Assembly: GCA_964617995.1 (NCBI GenBank)
Contig: CAZTXD010000007.1
Coordinates: forward strand, 1-49,939
DNA from: an uncultured Acidimicrobiaceae bacterium
Lineage (GTDB): Bacteria; Actinomycetota; Acidimicrobiia; Spongiisociales; ZC4RG35
Length of the DNA: 49,939 nucleotides
Reading direction: 5' to 3'
The notes beneath the pieces are model-generated. The model saw only the letters and a list, made by a program, of their open reading frames with translations. It was not told the origin of the DNA and ran no database searches. Numbering within the stretch: the first letter of the stretch is position 1; every line of letters begins with the position of its first letter. A program made the position numbers and the translations under genes. Below are positions 38,210-47,285 of this stretch, piece after piece.

Positions 38210-38688
38210 GATGTTGCCTCTCGCATGCGGTCGGCGGCGTCGAGGACCGCCTTCAGGATGGGTTGGTATCCGGTGCAACGGCAGATGTTGCCGTCCAACG
38301 CCTCGGCGACCTCCTCGGCACTGGGTTCGGGGGTCTCGTCGAGGAGGGCCTTGGACATCATCACGAACCCGGGTGTGCAATAGCCGCATTGGAGGGCGAA
38401 GTGGTCGACGAATGCTGCCTGGATGGGGTGGAGGTTCCCATCGGCGGCCAGACCCTCGATCGTCAAGACCTGGCGTTGGTCGATGTCGGCGGCCAGGTAG
38501 GTGCAGGCGCTCACCGGCAGGCCGTCGACGAGCACGGCGCAAACCCCGCACACCTGCATCTCACAGCTCACCTTGGTGCCGGTGAGCCCCAGCTCATCGC
38601 GGAGGAACTCAGCGAGGGTCGTACGAGCAGGGACGGTCCGGACATGCGTCCGTCGGTTGACCGTCGTCGTCACGGTGACCTGGCTCAA
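38206..38688 (-). CDS. [2Fe-2S] small subunit
   Basis: SCEMQVCGVC, QCGYCTPG, NICRCTGY. Confidence 0.95.
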   Translation of the reverse strand: MSQVTVTTTVNRRTHVRTVPARTTLAEFLRDELGLTGTKVSCEMQVCGVCAVLVDGLPVSACTYLAADIDQRQVLTIEGLAADGNLHPIQAAFVDHFALQCGYCTPGFVMMSKALLDETPEPSAEEVAEALDGNICRCTGYQPILKAVLDAADRMREATS

Positions 38689-39479
38689 CTGGTACCTCCG
38701 AGTCGCCTCAGCGCCTTGGTCACCATCACGGCGACGATGTGCCGCTTGTAGCGTTCGCCCCCCGTCAAGTCGGGTATGACCTCGACCCGGGAGGCGATCT
38801 CCTCGGGGGAGCCGTCGGCGGGGACCTCGAAGGTCTCAGGCCGGCCTCCGACGGCACCCACCACCACGCGGCGCGACCCCTCGGGCTCCTCGACGGCTGC
38901 GACGCCGACGGTCGGCCGTTCCATCGTCTGGAACTTGTCGTAGACGACCTTGCGACCCGCGACGAGAGGGATGGAGACGGTGGTGAGGAGCTCGTCGTCC
39001 TCGAGGTCGGCGGTGTACGGCCCCAGCACGAAGTCTGCCACCTTCACCCTTCGTTTCGAGCCGGTGGAGGTCAGCTCCACGTCGGCTTCGAGGGCGGTGA
39101 GCACAGCCGCGACGTCGGACTTGGGCTCGGCGAAGCAGAGGTTCCCTCCTATGGTGCCGACCGACCTCACCCGAACATTCCCCACCCGTTCGAGCACATC
39201 CGACAGCACGGGCAGAGAGGACCTCGCCTCGGGAGAACGGGCGACGGTCCGGTGGGTGGCGGCGCCTCCGATGGTCAGGATGTCATCGTGGATCGTCACG
39301 ACTCGGATGTTGGAGATCTGTTTGAGGTCGACGAGCGCCGCGGGGCGGATCAACCCTGCCCGCATGGCCAGCAACAGCTCGGTGCCGCCGGCATAGGGCC
39401 GGTAGTCGGAGGAGATGGCCTCCAGGGCGCTCTCCAGGTCGTGCGGCCGGACCAGGTCGAATGGAGGGAGCACGCTCAT
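38685..39479 (-). CDS. FAD-binding medium subunit
   Basis: ATG 39479. AGGTELL, VGNVRVRSVGTIGGNLCFAEP.SD. Confidence 0.92.
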   Translation of the reverse strand: MSVLPPFDLVRPHDLESALEAISSDYRPYAGGTELLLAMRAGLIRPAALVDLKQISNIRVVTIHDDILTIGGAATHRTVARSPEARSSLPVLSDVLERVGNVRVRSVGTIGGNLCFAEPKSDVAAVLTALEADVELTSTGSKRRVKVADFVLGPYTADLEDDELLTTVSIPLVAGRKVVYDKFQTMERPTVGVAAVEEPEGSRRVVVGAVGGRPETFEVPADGSPEEIASRVEVIPDLTGGERYKRHIVAVMVTKALRRLGGTS

Positions 39480-39928
39480 CCCAGGTCCCCGGCCGCAGCG
39501 GCGAAGAACTCGTCCAGCACCTTGTTGCCCTTGGTGCGGATCATCGATGCTCCCAGGGTCGCCACCCGGCCGGTCACCTCGTATCGCCCCTCCACCTCGA
39601 TGGTCGAGCCTGCGCCCTTCGGGGTGATCGTCATGGCGGCTTCCACCTGGATCCGCGAGGCCACCTGACGGTCCTCGCCGTCGGCGTTGAATGTGATTCG
39701 GCTCGGCTCTTCGACATCGGTGACGGCGATGGACAGGTCCGCCGACAGGCGGAATGGTCCCAGGCGGTCTGTGAGGACGGCGGAGTAACGACCGAGATGC
39801 TCGACTTCCTCGACGTTGTCGACGAGACCGACCCAGCTCGCCACTAGGTGGGGGTCGGTGAGCTTCTCCCAGGCGATCGGCGGTGGGACCGCGACGTGCA
39901 ACGATCGGGCGAACTGAACCACCGGCAT
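39476..39928 (-). CDS. CoxG-like SRPBCC protein
   Basis: W..L.DP..V, LGPF, V.GRVATLG..MI..K....L..FF. First gene of the Mo-hydroxylase operon. Confidence 0.85.
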   Translation of the reverse strand: MPVVQFARSLHVAVPPPIAWEKLTDPHLVASWVGLVDNVEEVEHLGRYSAVLTDRLGPFRLSADLSIAVTDVEEPSRITFNADGEDRQVASRIQVEAAMTITPKGAGSTIEVEGRYEVTGRVATLGASMIRTKGNKVLDEFFAAAAGDLG

Positions 39929-39986
39929 CAGGCACGCTGTCCTGACGCAGACGCGATTTGTGCCGGGGCCACCTGCTCAATCATCC

Positions 39987-40000
39987 GATTGGATCCTATT
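39987..40000. promoter_or_regulatory. GntR (VanR-like) operator, copy 1
   Basis: GATTGGATCCTATT, 12/14 match to the perfect palindrome at 40528. Confidence 0.7.
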
Positions 40001-40046
40001 TTCGAAAGCGGACGGTGTCGAATGGGTCGCAGATCGTGGGGGTCGA

Positions 40047-40466
40047 TCAGGGGAGTGTCCCGGGCGGTGTCGCCACCACCGCTTCGATCTCGACACGGGC
40101 ACGAGGGTCGGCCAACCCCGTCACGAAGGCCAGGGTGTTGGTGGGCGGGGAGCTGTCGGGGAACCATCGAGAGAAGATGGCCTCCCTTCCCTGGGCGAAA
40201 CCGGGCAAGTCGTAGCGGTCCACGAGGTAGGTCCTGAAGGCAACGATATCGGACGGAAGTGCCCCTAGATCTTCGACAATCGCCTCGATGGCCTGCAGGG
40301 CGCCCAAGGTCTGGCGGTAGGCGGTGCCGGGCATGGAGCCATCGGAGCCTCGGCCGGTCTGACCTGCGATCCAGGCGAGCCCGTGGTCGGGAGGGACGCG
40401 GGAGATGAGCGAGTAGGGACCGGTCGGGTCGGAGACACCGGCGATCTGGTCGCGACGGGACACCAT
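40047..40466 (-). CDS. Rid (YjgF/RidA) family protein
   Basis: PTGPYS, IAGQ, P.PTNT...V..L.....VEIEA. Start ATG 40466 or 40478. Confidence 0.88.
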   Translation of the reverse strand: MVSRRDQIAGVSDPTGPYSLISRVPPDHGLAWIAGQTGRGSDGSMPGTAYRQTLGALQAIEAIVEDLGALPSDIVAFRTYLVDRYDLPGFAQGREAIFSRWFPDSSPPTNTLAFVTGLADPRARVEIEAVVATPPGTLP

Positions 40467-40527
40467 TGCATGGAGCATAGGTGGCAAGGGTGGCGGAAAG
40501 AGCCCGGGGTCTGCTCCTGGGTGACAG

Positions 40528-40541
40528 GATTGGATCCAATC
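40528..40541. promoter_or_regulatory. GntR (VanR-like) operator, copy 2
   Basis: Perfect palindrome GATTGGATCCAATC in the rid/cupin divergent gap. Confidence 0.8.
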
Positions 40542-40575
40542 ACTATGCTCGCCAGACGCGACCGGGATCGACACT

Positions 40576-41616
40576 GTGACCGAAACACGGACCACCACTT
40601 CCCATTACGAGGTTCAGAAGAAGCGGCGCGGCGACGTGTTGGGGTACTGGAAGGATCATCAGCGGACCCTGGTGAAGGGCTCCGACGTCGAGCTGCAGGA
40701 AACGCCGCGGCGAATGAGGCGAGGGGTGATGGTCAGCGCCGACGGTGACGAGCCGAGCCTGGTCCTCGACGCCAACACCCACGCGATCGACCCGGGCGTC
40801 GTCTCGACGATCCATCGCCACTCCTGGGACGCCATGGCGTTCGTCGTCGATGGATCGGGGTGGACAGAGGTGGACGGACGGCGCCACGAATGGCGTCCTT
40901 GGGACACGATCTACCTCCCTGGCTGGGCGTGGCATCGTCACGGAAACGACGGAGACAAGACCGCAAGGCTCGTCTCGTTCAGCGTCCAGCCGATGGTCGA
41001 ACTGCTCGGACTGGCGGTGATGGAAGACGCCGGCGACACCGACGTCACCGAGCTGCCGTCCCGCCCCGTGACCACCGAGGTCGGCCTGGGCTCAGATCCC
41101 TACTCCAACCGGGCGCGCCGGCTGGCCGAGGCGGGTGTCGGATTCGGAGAGTCGCGGATCCTCACCGCCTACGACGACGTGAATTTCCGCGTGTCCCCAC
41201 GCGGAGCTCGCAGCGGGTTCCTGGTCGACCGCTCGATAGGGCATCGTACCCAGGGCCTGACAGCGGTCATGCACCAGCTCGCCCCGGGACTGTTCCAGTC
41301 CCGGCATCGCCACGGGGGGGAGGCCTGGCTGTATGGAGTGACCGGCCGCGGCTACAGCGTCATCGACGACGTCCGCTACGACTGGGGTCCCGGCGACCTG
41401 GTGGTCGTGGACCACTGGGCGTGGCATCAGCACTTCAACGCCTCCGACACCGAGATCGCCTCGCTGATCCGGGTGCACAACTTCGACACGCTGTACATGG
41501 GCATGAGCGCGCTGCTCGCTCCCATGAGCCTCTTCGAGGAGCTGCCCAAGCTCGACGCTCCCGATCTCAGCGGTGTCGAATGGCCCGACCCGCAGGCGGG
41601 AAGACCCGATGCCTGA
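40576..41616 (+). CDS. Bicupin, gentisate 1,2-dioxygenase-like ring-cleavage fold
   Basis: Two cupin sites: HRHSWDA...G.G.T.VDG...W.P.D...PGWAWHRH and HRHGGEA...G.GYS.ID...W.PGD....WAWHQH. Confidence 0.85.
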   Translation: MTETRTTTSHYEVQKKRRGDVLGYWKDHQRTLVKGSDVELQETPRRMRRGVMVSADGDEPSLVLDANTHAIDPGVVSTIHRHSWDAMAFVVDGSGWTEVDGRRHEWRPWDTIYLPGWAWHRHGNDGDKTARLVSFSVQPMVELLGLAVMEDAGDTDVTELPSRPVTTEVGLGSDPYSNRARRLAEAGVGFGESRILTAYDDVNFRVSPRGARSGFLVDRSIGHRTQGLTAVMHQLAPGLFQSRHRHGGEAWLYGVTGRGYSVIDDVRYDWGPGDLVVVDHWAWHQHFNASDTEIASLIRVHNFDTLYMGMSALLAPMSLFEELPKLDAPDLSGVEWPDPQAGRPDA

Positions 41617-42487
41617 GCAGCAGGAGTGGCGGGAGGACCGCTACGGCTTCCTCCGCTGGCTTGTCCTTCCTCAGGAGGGATGGCGGGACTGGTGGGACCG
41701 GATCTACGTCGACCCGGATCTGAAGGCCAGGCTGCGCGCCTACGCCGAGTTCTCGCTCCGTCACCGCGCCGACTTCTCACCGGTAGGCCTGCCCGTCCAC
41801 GGCATCGTGCTGCTCCACGGCCCTCCGGGCACGGGCAAGTCGTCTCTCGCCCGGGGACTGGCTCAGGTCGTGGCCGAGGGTTTCGCCGCCGAAGGCGAGC
41901 AGGTGATCTTCGCCGAGGTGGATCCCCACTCCCTTCCCAGCCAGATGCTCGGGGAGAGCCAGCGTAACGCCGCCAACCTGCTCGAGAAGTCGCTGCCAGA
42001 GCTGGCTGCCAAGGGATCTCCGGTCATCGTGGTGGTCGACGAGGTGAACAGCCTCGTCACCAGCCGCGACCTCGCCACCGGAGGTCGCGACCCCGTAGAC
42101 GTGATGCGGGCAACCGAGGCCGCCCTCAGGGGCATCGACTACCTCGCCTCCACTGTGCGGAACGTCCTGGTGATAGCCACCTCCAACTTCGAGACGGCGC
42201 TGGACGAGGCATTGCTCGACCGTCTCGACCTGGCCATGGAGGTGGGCCTGCCCGACGCCGAGACGATATCGGAGATCCTCGCCGACACGCTGGCGGAGTT
42301 GCCTGCCTCGTCGGTCAGCAGCGACGAGGTGCGGGATCTGGCCACGTCGCTGGTGGGCAGCAGCGGGAGGAACATCCGCAAGATCGTGCTGGAGGCTCTG
42401 GTGACGAGGGCCGACGATGCCTCATCGCCGCTCACCTATGCCGATCTCGAAGCCGTCGTCAAGAGACACGGCGAGGAACAGGCATGA
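41609..42487 (+). CDS. AAA+ ATPase, TRIP13/Pch2 (Cap6)-like
   Basis: LPVHGIVLLHGPPGTGKSSLARGLA, EVDPHSL.S, VVDEVNSL...R, DPVDVMRAT.A.L...D.LA, ATSNF, LDRLDL.MEV.LPD. Confidence 0.88.
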   Translation: MPEQQEWREDRYGFLRWLVLPQEGWRDWWDRIYVDPDLKARLRAYAEFSLRHRADFSPVGLPVHGIVLLHGPPGTGKSSLARGLAQVVAEGFAAEGEQVIFAEVDPHSLPSQMLGESQRNAANLLEKSLPELAAKGSPVIVVVDEVNSLVTSRDLATGGRDPVDVMRATEAALRGIDYLASTVRNVLVIATSNFETALDEALLDRLDLAMEVGLPDAETISEILADTLAELPASSVSSDEVRDLATSLVGSSGRNIRKIVLEALVTRADDASSPLTYADLEAVVKRHGEEQA

Positions 42488-43761
42488 CTGGGTCGGTGGA
42501 GGAGGTTCTCGCTCGCATCGACGAGTCGTACGAGGACCTCGCCGATCTCGCCTTGCGTCTCGGCAACACCTATGGCCCGGTGGGAAACGAGGAGCCCACC
42601 GCCCGCCAGGTCCATGATTGGTACCGCGAGGAAGGCCTCGACGCCGACTTCGTCCCGATGGTGGAAGGGCGCGCCAGTGTGGTAGGACGCCTCCGCGGCG
42701 ACGGGACCGGTAGGTCGCTGATCTTCAACGCCCACCTCGACACCGAGGCCTCGGGCCCCGACTACGACAGCCTGATGAACGTGCCCGACCCCAACAAGGT
42801 GGGGGCGAGGCGCGATGGGGACCGCATCTACGGTCACACGGTCCAAAACGATCGGGGCTGCATGGCCGTTCAGATGATCGCCGGTCGGGCCATCAGCGAG
42901 GTCGGGGTGCCGCTGAAGGGCGATCTCCTGTTGAAATCGGCCGCCGGAGAGACCGGAGCGGCTCCCGTCGACGAGTACCAGGGGATGCGCTACGAGTCGA
43001 AGGGGTTCGGTACCTCCTACCTCGTTCAGCACGGGTACGGGGCCGACTACGCCGTCATCGCCGAGACCACCGACTTCTCCGCCTCCTGGCACCAGTGCGG
43101 TGCCACCTACTTCAAGGTGACCTCCCGCGGTCGGAACATGTACACGCCCCGTCTGGAGAGGGGCTCGTCGCTGCAGGACCATCCCAACGCCATCGTCCGG
43201 GCGGCCGCCATCGTCGGCGCCATCGAAGAGTGGGCGATCGAGTTCGAGCGACGGCGCACCCGCGAGACCCCTTGCGGCACCATGGCCCCCAAGGCACAGG
43301 TGGGCGCCATGCGCGGCGGAATTCCCTGGCGGCCCAACCGCTCCTCCACCTACGCCGCACTCTACGTCGACGTTCGCACGCTCCCGGACGAGGACGTGCG
43401 GCCGATACACACCGAACTGACCGACGTCGTGCGTGGAGTCGATCCGGGAGCAGAGGTCGATGTCATCATGTCCAAGGCCGGCTACGCCGCCACCGACGAG
43501 GCCATCGAGCCACTGATCTCCACGATCCGACGGGCGCACGAGCAGGTGCGAGGCGTTCCCATGCCGGAGCGGGCGGAAACGGCGGTGGTATCGATGTGGC
43601 GGGACACGAACGTGTACAACCGGGTGGGGATCCCCGCCCTCACCTTCGGTCCCAGCCGGGGCAAGGCGGCCGTGCAGGGCACCGGCTATATGGAGCTCTC
43701 GAACATGATCGAGGGCGCCAAGATCTACGCCCTCACCGCTCTCGAGATATGTGGGCGGTGA
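42484..43761 (+). CDS. M20 (ArgE/DapE-like) amidohydrolase
   Basis: G.GTGRSLIFNAHLDT, IYG....NDRG, L.GDL, AVIAE, NAI, VDVR.LP, GIPALTFGP. Confidence 0.88.
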   Translation: MTGSVEEVLARIDESYEDLADLALRLGNTYGPVGNEEPTARQVHDWYREEGLDADFVPMVEGRASVVGRLRGDGTGRSLIFNAHLDTEASGPDYDSLMNVPDPNKVGARRDGDRIYGHTVQNDRGCMAVQMIAGRAISEVGVPLKGDLLLKSAAGETGAAPVDEYQGMRYESKGFGTSYLVQHGYGADYAVIAETTDFSASWHQCGATYFKVTSRGRNMYTPRLERGSSLQDHPNAIVRAAAIVGAIEEWAIEFERRRTRETPCGTMAPKAQVGAMRGGIPWRPNRSSTYAALYVDVRTLPDEDVRPIHTELTDVVRGVDPGAEVDVIMSKAGYAATDEAIEPLISTIRRAHEQVRGVPMPERAETAVVSMWRDTNVYNRVGIPALTFGPSRGKAAVQGTGYMELSNMIEGAKIYALTALEICGR

Positions 43762-43766
43762 TCTAG

Positions 43767-44993
43767 TTGACCACACGGCACGCTCCCGGCGAGCTCACCC
43801 CCAGGGACGCTCGCTTCAACGCGTGGCTGTCCTTCGTGGGAGCTGCGGTGGCCCTCACCGGCGTGCAGCTGATCGCTCCGTCGCTCCCCATCATGCGCGA
43901 CGCCCTCGGCCTGACCGACACCCAGCTGGCACTGGTCATGAGCGTCTACCTGTTACCGGCCGCGGTCGCCTCCATCCCCGTGGGTCTGCTGGCGGACCGG
44001 TTCGGGCGCCGCGTCATTCTGGGGAGCGCCCTGCTCCTCTTCGGGTTGGCGGGGCTGGCGCTCGTTTTCATCGACTCATACCCGGTGTTCCTGTCCGTGC
44101 GCTTCCTCCAGGGTCTCGCCTTTGCGGGGCTGCTTCCCCTCACCATGACGATCCTCGGCGACGCTTTCACAGGGTCACGACTCATCGGCGCCCAGGGTCA
44201 CCGATCGGTTGCGATGAGCATCGGGGATGGAGCTCTTCCCATCCTGGGAGGGCTGCTGGTAGTGGGAGGGTGGCAGCTCCCGTGGCTGGGTCAGGGGCTG
44301 GCGATCCCCCTTGGGGTTCTCGTGCTGTGGAGGCTGGTCGACGCTCCCGCCGTCAGAGCCAACAGCCGGGAGGGGCGTCTCCGTATCGGCGCGTTCCTGC
44401 GGCTGTTTCGCACCGGGTCGATCGTCGCCCTCCAGTACGCCGGCTTCCTCCGCATGTTCCTCAAGTTCGTGATCCTCACGTTCCTGCCGGTCTTCCTGGT
44501 GGACTTCCGTGAGCAGTCGGCGGCCTTCGCCGGCCTGGTGGTGGGCATCGCCGCCCTGGCCGGTACGGCCATAGCCGCGTCTTCGGGCCGGATCGCACGG
44601 CGGGGCAACCCCACACTGTGGATGATCGTTGGCGTCGCGGGAATGGGGTTGGCCCTGGTTTCCATGGTCCTCGTCCCTTGGGCAGGGGCGATCGTGGGGG
44701 CCGCCGTCGTATACGGGGCCAGCGATGGGCTGATGGGGGTGTTCACCAACTCATTCGTGACGGCAGCCACCAGCGCCGAGCAGAGAGCCAGCTTCGTCGC
44801 CGCCACCGGAGCGATCCGTAACTTTGCCAAGTTCATGGCGCCGGCCGCGTTCGCCGCTCTGACCATCGCCATACCGATGGTGCCCGCCTTCGTTCTGGTC
44901 GGAGTGCTGACGGTCGCATCGGTCGCGGTGATATCCCTGATCAGGCCGCTGGAGAGCCGTCTCGTCGATCGGGCGGCAGGGAGTGCGGGATGA
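43767..44993 (+). CDS. MFS transporter
   Basis: IAPSLP, GLLADRFGRR, RFLQG, about 12 TM segments. Confidence 0.92.
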   Translation: MTTRHAPGELTPRDARFNAWLSFVGAAVALTGVQLIAPSLPIMRDALGLTDTQLALVMSVYLLPAAVASIPVGLLADRFGRRVILGSALLLFGLAGLALVFIDSYPVFLSVRFLQGLAFAGLLPLTMTILGDAFTGSRLIGAQGHRSVAMSIGDGALPILGGLLVVGGWQLPWLGQGLAIPLGVLVLWRLVDAPAVRANSREGRLRIGAFLRLFRTGSIVALQYAGFLRMFLKFVILTFLPVFLVDFREQSAAFAGLVVGIAALAGTAIAASSGRIARRGNPTLWMIVGVAGMGLALVSMVLVPWAGAIVGAAVVYGASDGLMGVFTNSFVTAATSAEQRASFVAATGAIRNFAKFMAPAAFAALTIAIPMVPAFVLVGVLTVASVAVISLIRPLESRLVDRAAGSAG

Positions 44994-45724
44994 GCGTCCA
45001 ACCGGCCGGCCACGCCCACGGACAGGAACGTCCGGAGACGACACTCGAACAGTTGACGGCGGCCGCCCGGGAGACCTTCCGCACCGCCGAGGAGCGTGCC
45101 GTTGCCGTCATCCGTAACGCCATCTTCACCGGGATCTTCAAACCGGGGGAGCGTCTACCCCAGGATCGCCTCGCCCGCCTCCTCAACGTCAGCCGCCAAC
45201 CCATTCGCTCCGCCCTGCGCCAGGTCGAATCGGAGGGTCTGGTCGAGATGCATGCCCACAGGGGGGCGACGGTGAGGGTGCTGTCGCCCGAAGAGGTGGT
45301 GGATCTGTACGAGATGAGGATCCTCGTAGAGAGCTACGCCCTGAAAAAGACCGTGCGATCGATCGACGACGGCCAGCTCGCCGAGCTGTACCGCATGGCA
45401 GAGCGCCTGGAAGCAGCGCCCGACCACGAGACGTGGATGGTGGCCCGCCACGCCTTCTACGAGTACCTGTACTCGATCGGCAATACCCCCCGGGTCGTCA
45501 GCACCGTCATGCAGCTCCGGGCCGAGGTCAGCCGCTACACCGTGGGTCTGGGAGACCCTCGATCGCAGACCCACCTCGAGCTGCTCGATCGCATCAGCCT
45601 CGACGACCCCGATCTGGCGGCGTCATGGCTCGAGGCCCATCTACGTCATGTTGCCCGGACGCGTCGCCGTCAGGTGGAAGAGCTCGGATCGGGCGCCGAG
45701 GACTCTCCGGGCGGTCTCCCTTGA
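44990..45724 (+). CDS. GntR family (FCD) regulator
   Basis: PGERLPQ..LA..LNVSRQPIR.AL, HRGA.V, DLYEMR. Confidence 0.92.
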   Translation: MSVQPAGHAHGQERPETTLEQLTAAARETFRTAEERAVAVIRNAIFTGIFKPGERLPQDRLARLLNVSRQPIRSALRQVESEGLVEMHAHRGATVRVLSPEEVVDLYEMRILVESYALKKTVRSIDDGQLAELYRMAERLEAAPDHETWMVARHAFYEYLYSIGNTPRVVSTVMQLRAEVSRYTVGLGDPRSQTHLELLDRISLDDPDLAASWLEAHLRHVARTRRRQVEELGSGAEDSPGGLP

Positions 45725-45764
45725 GCTCTCCGGTCAGCACCGGCCCCGGAACGGGGAGGTAGCG

Positions 45765-47285
45765 GTGGAGATCTTCGACACGATGATGTCGGGGCTTTCG
45801 ATGCTCCTCGAGTGGCCCCTCCCGCTGTGGTTCGCCATCGGGATGATCAACGGGATGATCTTCGGGCTCCTGCCCGGCCTCAGCGGCTCGGTCGGCATCG
45901 CCTTGATGATCCCGCTCACGTTCGGCTTCAACACCGGTGAGGCGATGGCGTTGTTCGTGGCCGCCCTCGGCGGCCAGACCTTCTCGGGTTCGCTCACTGC
46001 CATCCTCTTGAACACCCCTGGAACGGCTCCCAACGCCGCCACCACCCTCGACGGCTACCCCCTGGCGCGCCTGGGGCGAGGAGGGTTCGCCATCGGTATC
46101 TCCGCGGCCGCGTCGGCGATGGGTTCGGTCATCGGGCTGGTCGTGCTGGTGGCTCTGCTCCCGTTCGTGCGGGAGATCATCCTGTCGTTCAGCTTCCCCG
46201 AGTTCACGATGCTGGCCGTGCTGGGCCTGGCGGCCATCGCCGCCGCATCGACGGGATCCCTGGCCAAGGGTCTCATCTCCGGCGGTATCGGGCTGATGCT
46301 CTCGTTCGTGGGCTTCTCGCCCATCGCCGGGGAGCTGCGCTACGTCTTCGGCATCACCCAGCTCTGGCAGGGCGTTGACCTTATCGCCGCCCTGATCGGT
46401 CTATTCGCCATCTCGGAGGTCATCCGACTCCTGGTGCGACAGGAGACCATATCGGTCGACCTCGGCGACGTGCGCTTTCCCAAGAAGGATGTGTGGGAGG
46501 GGGTCACCTTCGTGTTCCGGCATCCCTGGCTCCTGATCCGCAGCTCGGTGCTCGGCACCGGCATCGGTGCGGTCCCGGGAGTGGGCGGGACGGTCGCCTC
46601 TTTCCTGGCCTACTTCCAGGCCGTCCACAGCTCCAAGGACCCTGAGAACTTCGGCCGGGGGGATCCTCGGGGAGTCCTGGCTCCGGAGGCGGCCAACGAC
46701 GCCAAGGACGCGGGCTCTGCCCTTCCGTCCCTCGCCTTCGGTCTGCCGGGGAGCTCCGACTGGGCGATCATCCTCGGTGCTCTCGTCCTCCACGGTGTAA
46801 ACCCCGGGCCGAACCTCATCAGGGAATCGCCCGACGTTGTGTGGATCGCCCTCTGGGTGCTGTTCTTCGCCAGTTTCGCCGACTCGCTGATCGGCATCTT
46901 CGCGGCACCGTACCTCGTGAAGGTGACGCGGGTGCCGCCGTCGATCCTGGCGCCGATAGTGGCGACCCTCGCCCTGGTGGGGGCCTACGGCCTTCAGCGT
47001 CAGTTCGTCGACGTCATCTTCACGATCCTCTTCGGGGTCCTCGGCTACTACATGCGCCGCCACCATGTGCCCCTGGTTCCGCTCGTCCTCGGGCTTCTGT
47101 TGGGAGCGTCGGCCGAACGTGCCTTCTTCCAGTCGCTGCAGGTCTTCGATCAGGGCCTGTGGATATTCGTCACCCGCCCCATCTCACTGATCCTCGTGAT
47201 CCTGACCGTGCTGATCTTCGTCCTGCCGGTGATCACCACCCGCCGGCGTGCCCGCTCCATGGAGGCGATGAATGCGTCCGGGTGA
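45765..47285 (+). CDS. tctA: Tripartite tricarboxylate transporter large permease
   Basis: GTG 45765 after GGAGGT. GLLPGL, ILLNTPG, TTLDGYPL, GLFAISE, GAVPGVG, APEAAN, GLPG. Confidence 0.93.
   Translation: MEIFDTMMSGLSMLLEWPLPLWFAIGMINGMIFGLLPGLSGSVGIALMIPLTFGFNTGEAMALFVAALGGQTFSGSLTAILLNTPGTAPNAATTLDGYPLARLGRGGFAIGISAAASAMGSVIGLVVLVALLPFVREIILSFSFPEFTMLAVLGLAAIAAASTGSLAKGLISGGIGLMLSFVGFSPIAGELRYVFGITQLWQGVDLIAALIGLFAISEVIRLLVRQETISVDLGDVRFPKKDVWEGVTFVFRHPWLLIRSSVLGTGIGAVPGVGGTVASFLAYFQAVHSSKDPENFGRGDPRGVLAPEAANDAKDAGSALPSLAFGLPGSSDWAIILGALVLHGVNPGPNLIRESPDVVWIALWVLFFASFADSLIGIFAAPYLVKVTRVPPSILAPIVATLALVGAYGLQRQFVDVIFTILFGVLGYYMRRHHVPLVPLVLGLLLGASAERAFFQSLQVFDQGLWIFVTRPISLILVILTVLIFVLPVITTRRRARSMEAMNASG

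Noticed and set aside
41609-42487. A complete type III CBASS defence system
   Set aside because: No CD-NTase, HORMA or effector gene is recognisable in the window.
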